A stretch of DNA of 62,535 nt, counting the filler, from Squatina squatina (lineage: Eukaryota), in assembly GCA_031763465.1 (NCBI GenBank). It is 3 parts of 3 records of this genome, joined end to end, with 100 filler letters (N's around TTAATTAATTAA, not from the genome) between each part and the next. Parts side by side here need not be neighbours in the genome. Positions count along the whole stretch, not along the records: positions 47,599 to 62,535 come from JARFOE010000016.1; 2 more parts are not named here. The stretch is one strand, 5' to 3'. Positions 49,747 through 61,425 of this stretch are shown piece by piece. Positions within the stretch are counted from its first letter, which is position 1, and the number at the start of each line of letters is the position of its first letter. The position numbers and the translations under genes were made by a program. The notes beneath the pieces were generated by a model. That model was not told where the DNA came from and ran no database searches. It worked only from the letters and a program-made list of their open reading frames with translations.

Positions 49747-50008
49747 GTTATCAATCTTTCTGTCCATTGTCAGTGTCGAATTTCAGAAGTGGGTCTCACG
49801 AGTGCCGCAGTTTAGAATCAATTTTTGTAATGAAATTCGATCAAAATAAGCAGACAAATGAAAGTATGGTGTAATGTAACAGACAGACTGACTTTATTCT
49901 TTCATATTTTATGAGATGATAGATTCCATTTTGTATTTCACATATCAATAATGTAAGCATGCTGCAGATTTGAGATTTAACATATTCTAACAAAAGGAGA
50001 AAAGTGCT

Positions 50009-50248
50009 TTTCATTCTGACTTTTAATATAATAGATACATCATTATTACTGATGTGTAATAATATAATGCTACATGTTCTATTACTAAGATTCAACAATA
50101 CCCTGCTCCCTGTTTTATTACTGAAGTGTCGCAATAATCTGCTGTCAGTATTATTACTGAATTGTAAAACTAGCCTGCTGTCAGCACTATTACTGAGGAA
50201 TAACAATACCCTGCTGTCAGTATTATTACTAAGGTTTAACGATACCCT
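50009..50248. repeat. Degenerate 36-bp minisatellite (6-7 units) in the GRM intron
   Basis: attact recurs every 36 nt. Unit is approximately attactgaggtataacaataccctgctgtcagtatt. Confidence 0.85.
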
Positions 50249-50648
50249 NNNNNNNNNNNNNNNNNNNNNNNNNNNNNNNNNNNNNNNNNNNNNNNNNNNN
50301 NNNNNNNNNNNNNNNNNNNNNNNNNNNNNNNNNNNNNNNNNNNNNNNNTTTATTCCATGATAGAATTTAGTCTTGATAGAATTCTAGATGCTGGTAGCAA
50401 TAATAGTCGACAAATGCTTAATGACAACTCAATTCAAATAACAATCCTTATCTGCTCTTTTAGATCTTAATCATTTCAAATAAATGGTTTGACACCTGCA
50501 CAAAAACAGATTGAGGAATGTCATACGAAGATGTATTTGTCCACTAATATCGCTGATATATTCTAGGCTAAGAATATTTTAATGACCATTGGGGTAATCA
50601 TTTTGTGACAATTAATTTGCTCTGTTGAATTTCCACCCCCATCCCCAG

Positions 50649-50849
50649 GAGAGGAGAGGATTGGATCGCACTCTCAATACCAACAGGAGGGTAAAGTTCA
50701 GTTTGTGATTGACGCTGTTTATGCCATGGCCCACGCTCTGCACGACATGCACAAAGTTTTGTGCCCAGGCTACACGAGCATCTGCCCTGCGATGGAGCCA
50801 GTTAGTGGAGATGAGCTCCTGCGATACATCCGTAATATACATTTTAATG
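50649..50849 (+). CDS. Group III metabotropic glutamate receptor, next exon
   Basis: catccccag| (G)[66 protein letters not shown] |gtaagc. Phase-compatible with the previous exon. Confidence 0.93.
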
Positions 50850-51095
50850 GTAAGCCTGCTGATTTTGCATTGTTGGAGAAATGGGGGAATTTTATCGTCC
50901 GTTATATATGTATTTGCCATTGTTTAGTTACATCAGTGTATCAAAAAAGGCATAAAATCAAGTGGTCAATTTTTAAAATCTCAATACTCCTGTGANNNNN
51001 NNNNNNNNNNNNNNNNNNNNNNNNNNNNNNNNNNNNNNNNNNNNNNNNNNNNNNNNNNNNNNNNNNNNNNNNNNNNNNNNNNNNNNNNNNNNNNN

Positions 51096-51487
51096 GTGGA
51101 CCGTGGTGAGGGAGAAGGCAAATGGGAGGGGGGCACGAGTGGCCCAGCAGTGGCCTGCAGTTGTTTTATGGAGGCAGGAGAAGTATGACACAAAATTTCA
51201 GTTTTGGGGTCTTTTTTTTGATCTGGCCTCCAGTAGTCCCTTTAAGGACTGCTGGTTAGGCAGATCAAGACTTGAAAATAAGCTCCAACTAGTCTTAACT
51301 AATTTAAGAGTCTGGTCCAATATTGGCACAGGAGCTTCATTTCAATACCGAAACGAAGCCTGTGCTTGGTGGCCGCCTGGACAAGTTGCCCGAATGCTTG
51401 TGCCGTGGGCCTCTGTACTGCTAAACTGGTTATCGTTGCTGCATTTTACACCTGTAAAACGTGCCTAACGATGTTGAATTTAAGCCC
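51096..51487 (-). mobile_element. Harbinger-like non-autonomous element end
   Basis: Ends ttgaatttaagccc and has an internal palindrome cagtagtccctttaaggactgctg. Confidence 0.5.
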
Positions 51488-52162
51488 TATTGTGTCTACA
51501 TTTTGTCTACCTCCAGTTCCAAATGAACTAAAAAAGTAGATGTGAATGAATTGCACTACAATAAGCCAAATACCATGAAGAGAGATATCTATACCAGTGT
51601 GTTTCAGTCATTTCTTGCTACCCAATTCAACAGTTTAGAGCCTCTGATTAGTCTAAAACCTGAAACTAGGCAATTTGTGTGGAACGACCCTGCTGATAAA
51701 TTTCCGATTCACAATCGTCATGATTATAGCAATTCATCACAACCTTTGCATGCATTCAGACTGCTCTTAGCCTGCAGTTCTAAAGTACAAAAGAGGATTG
51801 AAATGCAGTGTACATGTTGCTTATAATAATTAGGATTATGGGGAAGCTACAGCTTCTTTTCAGCATTAAGACTATTCCAATGTCTCCAGCACACATTTTT
51901 GGAAAGTGAAGTAATAAAATAGATGCTTTAGGGTTGTATATTTGATAAGAGTTTAATGAATCAAACAAAACAAATTGTTGAAAACATATTGTTAGTCATT
52001 TTGAGTAGCGAACCTACTTAACAAACCAAAAACATTGCATTACCAATGTAGTTTCTTCACAAAAATCACATATTTCAAATAATACTTTCTAAGATAATAG
52101 CAAGCAAGATAAAATAAAGATTATCTAAGAAATTCTATGTAGAAGGAAGAAACTTTCTATAC

Positions 52163-52286
52163 CTCCCAGCCTAGTCCAGAGACAAAATTTTCATATGCTT
52201 GGCTTCCTCCAGTGTTTGAGAGAATTGAACACTTGTCTTCCTGTCCTTCCGTAATGTAAAACACTGCAATCTTATGAGTTTCCCGA
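52163..52286 (-). CDS. Ral GTPase-activating protein alpha subunit (RALGAPA1/2), RapGAP-domain exon
   Basis: ttttcaag| [41 protein letters not shown] |gtatag. Confidence 0.92.
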
Positions 52287-53619
52287 CTTGAAAATTGTAA
52301 AATGTAAATTAATTTATGATCCTTTACATATTCCATACTGTTATGTTTGATTTGCTTTGAGATTATTTCAGCAGATAAACACATGGTGCAGTTGGTTCAG
52401 ATAATCAGACTATCAGTTTAGATATTGTGTATATGTCACCAATTATATTTGGCAAAAAGAGTGAGTTATAAATCATTGCTCACATCTGGTAAACGCAGTG
52501 AATGGACAATCACGGATCTCCTGACCTGCTTCAACTAAATTCAACAGATTAACCAAAAGGTCTGAGGTCGCTGGGAAAAGGTGAGCATAAATTATTGTAT
52601 TGGTTTTGTTTAATTGTCTGTTTATTGTTGTTAAGCTATTAATGCTTGAGTCCATTATAAAAGATATAATAGCAGTGTACTTGGAANNNNNNNNNNNNNN
52701 NNNNNNNNNNNNNNNNNNNNNNNNNNNNNNNNNNNNNNNNNNNNNNNNNNNNNNNNNNNNNNNNNNNNNNNNNNNNNNNNNNNNNNTCACTAGCACTCAG
52801 AGGCCAAAAATCACAATGCCTCGTATGTAGAAAGTTTGTGAACATGTGCGCAGGACTTTGCTTTCTCCCACTTTACAGCTGCGTGAGTGGGCAACATAAC
52901 TGCAACTCTCCACTTGTATTTCTGCTAATTAGCAGCACTAAGTACTGATCTCTGCAGACACCCTGTGTATGTTAACCTGCACAACTGTAAAACAGTTGTG
53001 GTACAATAATAAGGTTAATTTCAATGTCCTCATTATTATTCAATGCCTATAATCAAACTCATAGACTAGTAAGGGAGAGTGTCCTAAAAACTTAAAGAGC
53101 AGTTTGGAAAATGAGGTTGTAACTGAAATGAACATTGTAATTACTCCTTCCGATCATTAGCAATGAAAAAATGATCCTAAAGGTATTTCAGAAACATGTC
53201 CCAGGGCACCTAATAATAAAATCCTCGTAAATGAAAAAGATGGAGGTGACTATCTCCTCGCTGATAGCTGGTAAGTATTCAGCATAAAATAGGTTTTGGC
53301 AGACTAATTCAGTTCCCATGGGCATCATTCAGTGGCCCTAAACTGCCCTCAGTTTGGCACTAATTAATACAAATTCATTCATTGAGGTTGCTGGGATAGA
53401 AAGGAGGGGAGATGGGAGCGGGAATGTATTACTGGTGCAGTTGGTATTTGTAAAGGTGTGGTTTGTCTATATTATAGAGGGAGCTGNNNNNNNNNNNNNN
53501 NNNNNNNNNNNNNNNNNNNNNNNNNNNNNNNNNNNNNNNNNNNNNNNNNNNNNNNNNNNNNNNNNNNNNNNNNNNNNNNNNNNNNNCACCATTACCTTAA
53601 GGGTATTTATGTCCTCAGT

Positions 53620-53710
53620 GAACATCAGATTGCCCTTCCTGGCCCTCACTTCTGCCAGCAGCAATTCCGCCAATGCATGGTAAAATCTGGGGTGGTTGGG
53701 GGGGAGCTCT
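53620..53710 (-). mobile_element. Harbinger Myb/SANT ORF start relic
   Basis: PRFYHALAELLLAEVRARKGNL. Confidence 0.5.
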
Positions 53711-53784
53711 TACAACTAATGAGGCCCCTTCTGTCATTTTGCTAAACGTGATGTTGCCCTTTGAAATGGTTTGTTTTATTGTTT

Positions 53785-54290
53785 TGAGAGCTTTGAAAAA
53801 CCCTGGGCTAACTAACCAATGGTGCTGCCTCTTGTAAACCCTTCACTTTGCATTCTGCTCACCCATGTTGTGTAAACTGTATGAATTGTTTGAATGAATG
53901 AGTTCTTAAGTACAGCTTATAATAGTGGGGGGCGGAGTGGAAGAATTGATTCTAGCGGAAAGTTTTGGCCTTGGGGAGTGATCCAAAGGAAAATCTTGGG
54001 CAGAGTCCCAAAGTAAATTAAACAGAAACTGGGTACCTCCACCTATTTTCATTGCACCACAGGCAAGGCAATTAATGATGATAGTTAGCTAAATTGGACC
54101 AAAACTAACTTAACTGGCAAGTGACCTTCGTCTTACCTATAATAATGATTAGAGTGGAATTGTTCTTTCAAATGGTTTACTTGATGGTTAATTGTTATGA
54201 GAGCTTTGAAAAACCCTGGGCTAAGTACCCAATGGTGCTGCCTCTTTTAAACCCTTCACGTTGCATTCTGTTCACCCTTGCTGTGTAAAC
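53785..54290. repeat. 93-bp direct repeat pair (53785-53877 and 54198-54290), 7 mismatches, offset 413
   Basis: tgagagctttgaaaaaccctgggctaa...tgtgtaaac occurs twice without gaps. Confidence 0.92.
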
Positions 54291-54939
54291 AGCAATGGTT
54301 TTAATTTTCAAATGAGTAATTTGAAAGCCAACAATTGGAAGCTAGAAATATGTTTATGCAATTTTAACTGAGAAGATGTGCGTATTTGCTGGAATGCAGG
54401 ATAATTACTATAATTATCATAATTACCCCAATTTGATTGTCAAGTCAGTTGATGAATTTACACTGTGGTTTTTTTTTAGTTTTTTTTTAATACTCTTCAT
54501 GCTTCCAGCCTTTTTAATTTTTAGACACAAGTTACTATGGAATAAAATATATAGAAATATATTTTTCAAATATTCTCTTCCCTCCCCCTTGGGCTAACAA
54601 CTGTAGGCATGGAGCTGTAGTGTGTGGGTTGCAATGCTTTTGAAGTTGCCACTATTTTAACTCAATAACTACCTCTACCGCACACACTCGTTTCCTCTCT
54701 CCCACCAAAGCCCATAGACAGTGCTTCTTAAGGCATTTCTTATCAGGCTGTCCCAATAATGTGGCGTTCCCTCTTTTCTTCGTTTTCTCTCCAAAATGTC
54801 TCTGCTTTCCTCTAGGCATGAATTGCTTCACCGGCACCGATAACCAAATGATTTCAGAATGGTATAGCAGAGCAGAGGGACATTGCTATGCAGATACCCA
54901 GGTTATTAAAGACATGCAGCTTAAAGCATAGATTGGGTA

Positions 54940-55224
54940 AACAGAATCCTTGGTTTTGTATATTGATGCATAGAATACAAAATTAGGAAGGCAACCTTGA
55001 CCAAAGTATATAAAAGCAAGAGAAAGGGCAGTGCAGTTCACTTGGCTGTCACCAGGGATGAGGTATTATAGTTACGGAGAGTGCTTTCTTCAACGCAGCA
55101 GTGAAGGCTACGGGGTGACAAGGTAGAGGTTTTCAAGATTATGAAGGGTTGTGATATGATAAGTAATTATAGATTGTTTCCACTGGCCAGCAATAAGATA
55201 ATAAGATGGCACAAATTTAATATA
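54940..55224 (+). mobile_element. Old CR1 ORF2 C-terminal fragment
   Basis: RLRGDKVEVFKIMKG...LFPLAS...RWHKFN. Confidence 0.7.
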
Positions 55225-55324
55225 NNNNNNNNNNNNNNNNNNNNNNNNNNNNNNNNNNNNNNNNNNNNNNNNNNNNNNNNNNNNNNNNNNNNNNNNNNNN
55301 NNNNNNNNNNNNNNNNNNNNNNNN

Positions 55325-55440
55325 GAGAAAGTGGAAATATAGCGATGAGATAGAGGATCAGCCATGATCATATTGAATGGCAGAGCAGGCTTGAAGGGCC
55401 GAATGACCTACTCCTGCTTCTATTTTCTTTGTTTCTATGT
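55325..55440 (+). mobile_element. CR1 3' tail
   Basis: Near identical to 20661-20746. Confidence 0.88.
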
Positions 55441-55509
55441 CCACGTGTCTGCAGTCTTTCCTCATAATGCAGACCTCCTAAGACCAAAGGTTAGCCTTGT
55501 AACTCTTTC

Positions 55510-55705
55510 TGCATGGTCTCCAATGCTTGAATGTCTCCCTTGTGTCTTGGTAACTAGAACTGAGCACAGTAGCTAAGGCATGCTCTGCCCAGTTTGGTCA
55601 TGACTTCCTTTGATTTGTAATTCTACTGTTTTGGCTGTATGTAGTTCAAATTTTTATTGGCTTTATTGATGCTGCTCTGCATTGGTTGGGCATGTTGAGT
55701 ATCAA
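55510..55705 (-). mobile_element. Old CR1 fragment
   Basis: AINKANKNLNYI...ELQIKGS...YCAQF-like motifs. Confidence 0.6.
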
Positions 55706-55884
55706 TGCCAATTCTCTGTGTGTACCTCTCAAATGATGGGTTAAATGGTCTTTTTATGTACCAGCTTGTGTTTGGATAGGATTTTTTGATATTTACATTT
55801 ATTTCTAAGGCTGGCAATCAAGCTAATGGTTATACATAATCTTGATCCACAGTTGATTGCAGTGAGAATGTGGTGGATTTTTTG

Positions 55885-56180
55885 CTGTCTTTTGGATATG
55901 TCATTAAACCATGTCTGTTCAGGTGGACGTAAAAGATGTCATGGCACTTTTTTGAAGAAGAGCTGGGGATTTATCCAGTGTCCTGGCCAGCATTCATCAC
56001 TCAACCAATATCACCAAAACTGGTTAACCAATCATCCATTTTATTGCAGTTTGTGGGTCCTTGCTATGCAGAAATTGATTGCTCCATTTGCCTGCAAAAC
56101 AACAATGACTACACTTCAGAAGTAATTCATTGGCTGTGAAGCACTTTGTGAGAACGTAAAGAAGCTAAATAAACACAAAT
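55885..56180 (+). mobile_element. Deu-domain SINE, degenerate 3' part
   Basis: caggtggacgtaaaagat...gaagaagagc...gtcctggcca...actacacttca...ttcattggctgtgaagcacttt. Confidence 0.8.
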
Positions 56181-56387
56181 TAGTTCTTATTTGATCTCTA
56201 GTACAAGTTTTCATTAAAATTGCAAATTGTGTACCTCTTTAAATCCTTTACTTACAATTTATAAGCCTTTAGAATTCAAGTTTGATTTGCCCAACCACTG
56301 GTTCTTGGTTTATCGAACTTTCTCTCTTACTCTTAACTTTGTTTTGTCATGCACTGTTGGCCTTAGCCCATGATCTGGATTTAAGTC

Positions 56388-56826
56388 TCGGCTGTTGCTT
56401 GGTGGTACAACTCTTGCCTCTGAGTCAGAAAGTTGTGTTCAAACACAATTTCAGTACATGAACTAAGCTGACATTTCAGTGCATTACTGAGGGATTGTTG
56501 CATTGTTGGAGCTTCCATCTGTTGAATGAGACATTAAACCAAGACCCTGTGTGCCTGGTCAGCTAAGCATAAAAGATCCCATGATGCCATTCGATGAAGA
56601 GAAGGGGAGTTTTCCTAGTCCTGACTAATATTTAGCCTTCAGCCAGTCTCACAGATTATTTGATCATTTATCTCATTGCTGATTATGGGACTGCTGTGCA
56701 GAAATTGGCTGCTGGGCTTGCCTACATAACAAGTGATTCCACTTCAAAAAAAATTATTCACACAGTGAAATACTTTGGATGTACTGAGAGATGTGATAAA
56801 GGACTATAAAAGCATGTTCATTTTCT
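56388..56826 (+). mobile_element. Deu-domain SINE, full-length, degenerate
   Basis: ctcttgcctctgagtcagaa head, Deu core and tail ataaaggactataaaagca. Confidence 0.8.
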
Positions 56827-58942
56827 ACAGTTTGTTTGTAACAAGTATTGACATTAATCTTGCTGCTTATGTGCCAATATCGTGGAATATACTTTCAGCC
56901 AAACATATGATTTCTTTTTTTATAGTCACTCATTAATTGGGATAAGTTATGTGTTATTGTCAAAGAATGTATCAGCACAAGAAATAAAACCATTTGGATT
57001 AATTTTTTATTCATGCAAAAAACGTTTCTGGTATTCTATCTCTCAGCACATAGACGGAAGATGCATCACATGTCCATCTTATTCATTGCTTTAGTGGTTG
57101 CACTCTGCTGTGTACAGCAAATTAAATAGGAGCTGACGGTTTTATCACATTTGGTACTGTGCGGGGTGGCACGTCTTTAAAATAAAATCTTGCACGTGTA
57201 GGTTGTATGGCTAAAGCAGCAGTGCAGTCAATACTTGGGAGCAGGACAAGACTGCACTGGTGATGGAAGAGCCAGTGTTCATTTCGTTTGAACTTTCTGA
57301 CAGACACAGTTGTCATAGAAATGGTGTCATCTCTTGTCCAACCAAGATCCGGCATCCAGCATAATATGTGAGCAATACCAGTATCAGCTTCGACCGAGCA
57401 TGTATCATACAGAAACCAGACTGGAGTGATGACATTGATTAGAGTNNNNNNNNNNNNNNNNNNNNNNNNNNNNNNNNNNNNNNNNNNNNNNNNNNNNNNN
57501 NNNNNNNNNNNNNNNNNNNNNNNNNNNNNNNNNNNNNNNNNNNNNATTATACCACTCACTTCCCCCAACCAGCAGTTTCTAATTCATAGAGAAAAGCCCT
57601 CGCTTATGAGCTTGACTTTGAAATAGTGAAATTCAGATATTGGAAAGTTATTGGCAATGGCATAAGTCTACAGAAATTGTTGTTATAGAGTGAGCAAAGA
57701 CTTTCACAAAGCACCATTGACAATAATTAGATTTCCTTTTATATTGGAACTTTTGTATTGGTGAGCTAAGAAAACATTATGGAAAGGTTTCATATCAGCC
57801 TTTGGAGATGTCTCAGCAATATAAGATGATGATTAATAATTGAATACTGAAGAAACTAGGAGTTTAGGTCCAATAATGCAATATTAATTCAAAATAATGT
57901 GCCTGCAAGACTTATTGTGACTGATCGAAATGGAATAGAGGAGTGGAGCAAAGAGGGTTCTTGGACTGCGTTCAAATTTCTCTGAAGAAAGGTTAGAGGG
58001 ACAAAGATTTGTCACTGCAGAGACGTGGTGGAGATTTAATCTACTATTTCCAAATGATAGGAGTAGGTAAAACTTTTTCTTTGAATTGATTATGAACAAA
58101 ACACTAAAGCTAACATTTCAGGATTTTGGGGGCAGACTTTCACAGAGCTTCATGCAACAGGAGCACATATCAGGAATTTGGGCATGAGGAAAATCATGGA
58201 AAAACAAGTAGGATGCGTTGGCTATCCTACCAGAAGCTCTCCCATTGTACAAAGCACAGCACCAGGAGCACCAATTCATCAAATGTTCCCTTGTGAGCAT
58301 TTGTTTAGTGCCTTGCCCTTTCAGCTGGAGGCTCTAGGTTTAAATCAGCCCTGGAGTGACAGAATGAAAGTGTCCTCTTGGCTCTGATGTTCCTCAAGGT
58401 CAAATAGCAGTCTCGGTTCAACACATGAAGAATTGGTGTTTGGACAAGGTACCAGAAGTCTGCAGTTGCCCATAAAGTCTTGCCCCAGTAAGATTCAGCA
58501 CCTTCAGTATAAATGGAGATTTTTAAAAAATGCTGAAGGACTTGTGTATTTCAGTATTTGTGTCTTTCAGTATTTGTAAATATGCATTTAGAATACACCC
58601 TTTGAAGACTCTCTGCCCATAATATCTAGAGATTGTCTCTTCAGGGTTGTGAGCTATTGTGATCTCCAGTGGTGGCTCACTTTGCCAATGTTGTAATGTT
58701 AATGTGTTCTTCTAGGTGCTCAGGCAGCTGTGTTTGCACCAGTCTGAGTCACACCTGAATCACCATTGGCCCACTCATAAGTGGTTCCAGGACCTTAAGA
58801 AGAGTGGTAATCATGGAAAGACTGGAGATTTGGTGGTCTATTTGAGCCAGCAATGGGACGATGGAGATAAGTGACAGTTCTGCACTGAATGAGATTAATG
58901 GAATCTTTCTTGTGGTTACAATTTTTATTTTTACATCCCTAG

Positions 58943-59096
58943 GTATTTATGGGCTTTGTAACAGTCTTCTTGAGACACCATGGAAGAAACTTGTTCATGG
59001 AAAAAAGCTTTTCACAGATGCAGTTAAACAATGCAATGAACTTTCTCCAGAGAACTTGGTGCAAAAACTTATCGATGTGATGAATAATGAGGAGTA
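58943..59096 (+). CDS. TANGO2: Transport and Golgi organization 2 homolog (NRDE family) internal exon
   Basis: ttttacatccctag| (G)IYGLCNSLLETPWKKLVHGKKLFTDAVKQCNELSPENLVQKLIDVMNNEE |gtatgt. Confidence 0.9.
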
Positions 59097-59939
59097 GTAT
59101 GTACTATTTACAATATTTGTCCTAAAGCTGTTTCATTATACTTTATCAGGTACCACTGTAACCTCAGCAGATAGGCTACAATATCGCAAAACCATTATCT
59201 GAATAATACAGGTGATACCTGTAACTCTTGCGGCAATATTTCAGACAAAGCAGGAAAATTTGGGAAGCAGTCCCGATTCTGAACAATTGCAATCAGTGCC
59301 CCGAGTTACATTATGAAAGACGTACTTTTTGTTTTTAACGGGCACGTCGAAGATTTTTATTTTAATGTAGCTGTATGAACCAAAACGGTTAATGAAAAAT
59401 ATGTTCTTCTTGACATCCCGCTGAAAAGATTGTTTATCGACCTGTCGGTTTCCAGCAGGAACTTTTTAACGAGGCAAACTTCACTAATTTTACTTGCGGA
59501 AACAAATGATTTCTTGCCTATGGAATGCATGGAATGTTAATATGTTACTGTGTACCACATCTCATATAATGGAAATCCGCAGATGATCGATCTCCAGTAT
59601 AATGTCACATCTGTAGGTAATTACAATGCAGTCATCTCTTCACTGGGTATCTCACTGGGTGCCCATTTCTGATTATGGGTCAGTCAAGCCTGGAGATTCA
59701 AAGGGAGTGCCATGGGTGGCGTTCAATGTTTATCTCCGAGGTTTACCGATTGCAAACTATCGGCTTAGAGTTCAGAGCGGTGCACCAATCGATCACGTTA
59801 ATAGCTTGGCATGTCCTTCACTTCCCAACTGTAATGTTTCATGTGGCCGCGAAAACGTCAGTCCCATGGTAGTTACCTTCTTGGTCTTGGGTAAGACGCT
59901 GATTTGGCCAAAATGACTGGCCTTGCAACAAGGGATGAC

Positions 59940-60286
59940 CACTATGTTGGCGGAGCTGATGGACTTTGTGCGACTGTGTCAAGCTGCTCAACCGCAAAAA
60001 GGAATTTGCTGACTTAGTACATTTTTTTTGCGATTTTTATGCGGGTTACTTTCCTCGGGTTCTGTGTCACGAGATTAAGTGCCTCTTTCAGCTTGACCTG
60101 AGCAGCGAAGGTCTGAGCTTTCTGCCTAACCTCCTCAATTCCTTGGGTGGGTCAGCTGGAAGCCCCTCCTTCAGACCCACTTTCCTCATGATCCCTTGGA
60201 CAGCCAGATCCCAAAAGACATTGGAAATGTGACTTGCCATTGCTCTGCACGTCTTCCTTGTGGCTCAGAGCCAATACAGCAGGTCC
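59940..60286 (+). mobile_element. Possible divergent Harbinger-type transposase N-terminal relic
   Basis: ...HEIKCLFQLDL...KTLEM*LAIALHVFLVAQSQYS resembles the HTH entry of DDE_Tnp_4 transposases. CpG-rich upstream region. Confidence 0.3.
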
Positions 60287-61256
60287 NNNNNNNNNNNNNN
60301 NNNNNNNNNNNNNNNNNNNNNNNNNNNNNNNNNNNNNNNNNNNNNNNNNNNNNNNNNNNNNNNNNNNNNNNNNNNNNNNNNNNNNNATTTGTTACCTTAA
60401 CTAATATTTGCTGACCATTTTACGCTGGGTTGTACCCCACCCTCATTTGGTTTCCCCCTCCAGATCAGAAAACGAATAAGTAATCATTGTAAAGCTCGAT
60501 CTGTGGAGTGAGAGCTGACTAAAATGGTCAGTAGCTTTCTTTCGAGGCTGGAACAGGAGCATATACGTGTTTTCCAGGACCCAAGTGTCAGCCAAAAGAA
60601 AGACTTTGATATTTATATAATGATGCTTGAAAATTGCAATCAAAGTGAATAATGAATAAAGCTGAGTGAAGTGCCACTAAATTAAGCATTTCGCGGCTTA
60701 ATCATTCTTGGTGAGCCTGTCAGCAAACATCCTGCATTATTTATTTATCATCTAATATTTTTTTGAATGCTACCTCTTTGATAATCATCTGACAGGCCCC
60801 TGTCTTTTTGCTGGCTTTGTGGGTAAAGTCTGTGTTAATCAAGTAATTCTGTCGACCCATCATAAAAGTGCACAGCTCCGAACAAACTTGGCATGAAATA
60901 TTAACACTAGGTTTTGAAACAATGCGCATGTAACCTCACCACTTTTTTTGACACTGATGATCTACATGCATTGCACAGCTAATAGGAAAGCTCACTGTAG
61001 CCTCATGATCTGGGTGGTCCGATCTCAGATCAGTACTGTGACGGGATCTGCCTTGGTACAAGTCATGGAACAGTTCACACTAAGAGATACCGAGGCAGAT
61101 TTTCAACTTGTCACCCGGGCATAGAAGCTGGCGCTGCAGATCAGCCACCCTTTCCTNNNNNNNNNNNNNNNNNNNNNNNNNNNNNNNNNNNNNNNNNNNN
61201 NNNNNNNNNNNNNNNNNNNNNNNNNNNNNNNNNNNNNNNNNNNNNNNNNNNNNNNN

Positions 61257-61425
61257 TGGATCTTTTGCGTCCACCTAAGACGGTGCGACGTTTCATCCAA
61301 ATGACAGCACCTCCGACTGCACTGGCAGTGTCGGCCTGGATTGCGTGCTCAAGTCTCTAGAATGGGACTTGAACTCGCAACCTTCTGACCCAGAGGCGAG
61401 AGTGCTACCAGTGAATCATGGCTGA
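61257..61425 (-). mobile_element. Deu-domain SINE 5' half
   Basis: Minus strand ggtagcactctcgcctctgggtcagaaggttgcgagttcaagtcccattctagagacttgagcac. Confidence 0.88.

Noticed and set aside
49311-49874. 187-aa Phe/Leu/Ser-rich ORF as a membrane protein
   Set aside because: The N-terminal part is translation of a CT-rich tract. Only 49609-49746 is a real exon.
50009-50248. 36-bp CRISPR-like repeat
   Set aside because: The period is 36 with no spacers and the units are degenerate, so it is a minisatellite.
53785-54290. Miniature LTR element (TRIM)
   Set aside because: Only the second copy ends in CA, and no PBS, polypurine tract or TSD is evident.
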